NCBI GenBank assembly: GCA_001929475.1
Contig: LXFE01000491.1
Location: forward strand, 1 to 60,932
Direction: 5' to 3'
Source of the DNA: Neolecta irregularis DAH-3
Lineage: Eukaryota
Length of the DNA: 60,932 nt
Part shown: piece by piece, positions 60,826-60,932 of the stretch
How the letters are laid out: each line of letters begins with the position of its first letter
Position numbering within the stretch: the first letter of the stretch is position 1
The notes under the pieces: generated by a model
What the model was told of the DNA's origin: nothing
What the model saw: only the letters and a program-made list of their open reading frames with translations
Databases searched by the model: none
Translations under genes and position numbers: made by a program

Positions 60826-60932
60826 TGGAGGGCCATATCGGACGATCCGAGTCTCGAGATGGAAGTTCCCGGCCGTCTTCTCGCCACAGCACTGGTCGTC
60901 GAAAGTCGATGCGATATGCGCCAGATCAAGTA
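60826..60932. repeat. Near-identical copy of FMP27 segment 20431-20537 after a 10-N gap
   Basis: 107 nt with two C>T differences (at 20431 and 20471). Ns at 60816-60825. Confidence 0.95.

Noticed and set aside
60357-60929. 190-aa ORF as the flippase N-terminus
   Set aside because: It is chimeric across the gap; its first part is antisense FMP27 sequence.

Overview
This is eukaryotic, gene-dense ascomycete DNA. The gene set and very short (about 31-55 nt) degenerate introns suggest an early-diverging Taphrinomycotina such as Neolecta; this is inference. I reconstructed about 29 mostly multi-exon genes by hand: RNase H1, an uncharacterised multi-pass membrane protein, MAD2, a CEP95/DUF5745-like protein, OHCU decarboxylase, cdt2, eL32, eIF4B, a Tim17-like protein, FMP27/BLTP2, prefoldin 1, G-protein beta, a small mitochondrial protein, RAD5, a small orphan ORF, NDUFA6, eS1, a CCDC137-like protein, cytochrome b561, DUF4211, CRAL-TRIO, GEP4, PTM1, DUF1308, SRP9/21, RNR small subunit, DUF4449-like, a Phx1/Pah1-like homeobox and a 5'-truncated Dnf3-like flippase. 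There is also a chromovirus remnant and three 10-N gaps. The most striking signal is in splicing. Among roughly 110 reconstructed introns, at least two in conserved genes restore the protein only with a non-AG 3' splice site (GT..GG in DUF4211, GT..AT in PTM1), and a third may be GT..TG. GAG acceptors and GC donors also occur, which suggests relaxed, branch-point-measured 3' splice-site choice. A second striking signal is a seven-unit tandem array of intron-plus-micro-exon units in front of NDUFA6, whose ATG appears to be formed only by splicing. All exon boundaries are manual predictions without RNA evidence.
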